A stretch of DNA of 64,000 bases from positions 68,696,001 through 68,760,000 of the forward strand of contig NC_043002.1 of assembly GCF_006345805.1 (NCBI RefSeq), written 5' to 3'. Below, piece by piece: positions 61,647-64,000 of the stretch. Numbering within the stretch: position 1 is the stretch's first letter; each line of letters begins with the position of its first letter. The position numbers were made by a program, and so were the translations under genes. The notes beneath the pieces were generated by a model. The model was not told the DNA's origin. It did no database searches and saw only the letters and a list, made by a program, of their open reading frames with translations. This DNA comes from Octopus sinensis (lineage: Eukaryota).

Positions 61647-62131
61647 GCTTACTTGTACTTACTTGTACTTGTGACGGCATTCACCAAGAGTGGGTTGAGC
61701 TGGCTTCTTCTCTGGTCCTAACGGCATCACGAACCATGGTGGCCCACAATCGACGGTCTTGTGCGAGGTCACTGGAGATAGCGAGCCATTCAAGGTTCCA
61801 TCTGCACAGCCGACCACCTTCGTATTTGTATTTATTGCCATGGTAGTAGTAGGATTCATAGAAGACGTTTTGTGGGAATATTGAATTCACAAGCGGTCCC
61901 CGACATCCTGCATGCATATCCCGAGTGATGGGATGCCCTGTTTGCCACGGAGTCTCCACAGACACAGGGACAGAATGACCTCGAAGCTGCCAGTTGCTGA
62001 TCAAACGTCTCTTGGAATTTTCACTGCCTTGGGTGGCCCTACCAGGAACTGAAGTTCCCAACGGCATAGCTCTGACACTGCCAGTTTACACCACCCTACC
62101 ACCTTGAAGAGGGGTTGGACTTTTAGGGTAC
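61647..62131 (-). mobile_element. Internally deleted RTE element with 12-bp TSD
   Basis: TSD AGATGAATTACT at 61635-61646 and 62132-62143; C-terminal LAQDRRLWATMVRDAV; CAAGTA/AAGT tandem tail. Confidence 0.8.
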
Positions 62132-62899
62132 AGATGAATTACTAGTTTATAACAATTCAAATGATAAGAAAAATGGGGGAGTATATCTCATTGCAGAACA
62201 AATATCAACAGGAACTAGATTTAGAAAACATTTGTTTATTTAATTTTCTTGCTAGATGTTTATATCCTTTACCAATATATGTCAGTGAAAGATACATACA
62301 TGCATACACACATAAACGCATACATAGACACCAGTTCATACAACAAACCCATGCACACACAAACACATGCACTAGCACTCACATAAGCATGTGCTCACAT
62401 AAGCTCTCTCTCTCTCTCTCACACATATAAACACACACAGGCAAACATGCACAAAAGCACACACACATGCATAAACACATATAAACATGCACTCATATAA
62501 ATAGACACACACACACACAAATACACACGCATACTCTCACATATAAACACACACATGCACATGCAAACATGCACACACACAAACACAAGCATGAACACAC
62601 ATAAACATTCTCTCACACAAGCACACACACACACACAACCGTCTGTGTCTACAACCTGGTATCATGTACCATGCTTTCACTAATTGTTTTAGGTGCCTGT
62701 GTAGTCACAAGCAAACATAGGCTCTCTTGTCAGCTCTCCTAGCCTTGACCTAATGATGTAACATCCAGGATGTGACCGATGGAGGGTGAGGGGGCTGCAC
62801 AAGTATTTAGCTGCAACTCATTTTCAGCTGAGTGGACCATGGCAATGTAAAATGCTCAAGAACATAATGCACTGCCTGGTCCAAGAATCGAACCCATGA

Positions 62900-62901
62900 C
62901 T

Positions 62902-62934
<33 letters not shown>

Positions 62935-62965
62935 CCTTTCTCTCTCTCTCTATTTCTCGATCTAA

Positions 62966-63055
<90 letters not shown>

Positions 63056-63082
63056 CCTACCAATCTATCTATCTATCTACCA

Positions 63083-63149
<67 letters not shown>

Positions 63150-63180
63150 AATCTATCTCTTTCTCTCTCTCTCTCTCTCT
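62900..63180. repeat. (TATC)n/(CT)n microsatellite
   Basis: Directly visible. Confidence 0.95.
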
Positions 63181-63368
63181 AGCTGCCTGTCTGCCAGCCT
63201 GCTCATCAGTATATGTGTTTTGTATGTGTGTGTGCATGTGTGTGTAGTTTGTGTATATGTGTGTGCATGTTTGTGCATATGTATGTTGTGTGTGCGTGTG
63301 TGTGTGAGACAAATGTGTGTTTGTGGGCGGCAGTAAAGAATACACACACCACCTGTTTTTGGCGTAAT

Positions 63369-63421
63369 CCTAAACCTAACCCCAAACCCTAACCCTGACC
63401 CTAACCCTAACCCTAACCCTA
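63369..63421. repeat. Short interstitial (CCCTAA)n telomere-like tract
   Basis: CCTAAACCTAACCCCAAACCCTAACCCTGACCCTAACCCTAACCCTAACCCTA. Confidence 0.8.
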
Positions 63422-64000
63422 GACACCAGGTGTGTATATTCTTTACCTTTGCTATGTTTGTGTGTGTGCATTGTGCTTGCACACAGTATCTGTCTATCAA
63501 ATTCCACTTATAAAGCATTGGTCAACCCAAGGCAAAAGCTTGTTTTGCTCAAGGTCCTACACAAAGGGATCAAATACCCAACCCATTTGGTCACAATGTG
63601 ACTGTCTTAACTACTTAACTATGGCTGCACCTATAAAGTAGCTTTGCTACTTTTTGTTAAAAAAATGAGGATCCTGTTGTGGAACAAAGTCTAGATGACA
63701 GGTGTTGACTGAAAGAACCAGTTACACTACTGCCTTTCACACTATCTGAATAACTTCACTTTACTTTATAACATTATTTTGTACTCTGTGCTTTGTGTGT
63801 GTGAGTGCATGTGTGTGTGTGTGTGTACTCTTATGAGTTTTACTTTTCCTTCTAATTACATCTCACACCATTGTTAGTGCTTGAGATTTTATTTTATTTA
63901 TTTATTTATTTATTTATTCTTGTATTTCTTATAAAACACTTGAACTTAGTGTCCTGTCTTTCTTATCACCAGACTAAGATTGTTCTGATACCAAGCCTAA

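Noticed and set aside
62040-62131. HDV-like ribozyme at the 5' end of the RTE mini-element
   Set aside because: UACCCUA/UAGGGUG can pair, but L3 and J4/2 do not fit the consensus.

Overview
AT-rich, microsatellite-dense eukaryotic DNA. The SINE, LINE and Penelope families look like those of a coleoid cephalopod (Octopus-like); this is inferred from recognising repeats, not from a database search. No host protein-coding gene is recognisable, and almost all supplied ORFs are microsatellite or transposon artefacts. The window is a mosaic of tRNA-derived SINEs; LINEs (RTE, CR1, Tx1, R4/Dong); a split Ty3/Gypsy pol; mariner/Tc1 remnants; TTAA MITEs; a Helitron fragment; and Penelope-like element (PLE) pieces. 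Main observations: (1) at least four unrelated PLE-type terminal-repeat families carry minimal type I hammerhead ribozyme folds, often on both arms of long palindromes; (2) one family has a compensatory G3:C8 core swap (GUGANCA) retained in four copies from two subfamilies; (3) a probable ~13.6-kb inversion between two SINE tails sharing 74 identical bp splits one Gypsy pol; (4) an RTE LINE has a 3' end expanded into a two-level tandem array; (5) an internally deleted RTE has a 12-bp TSD and an in-frame fused ORF. A few weak candidate exons and a promoter-like patch are given at low confidence. Coordinates of degenerate repeats are approximate (tens of bp).
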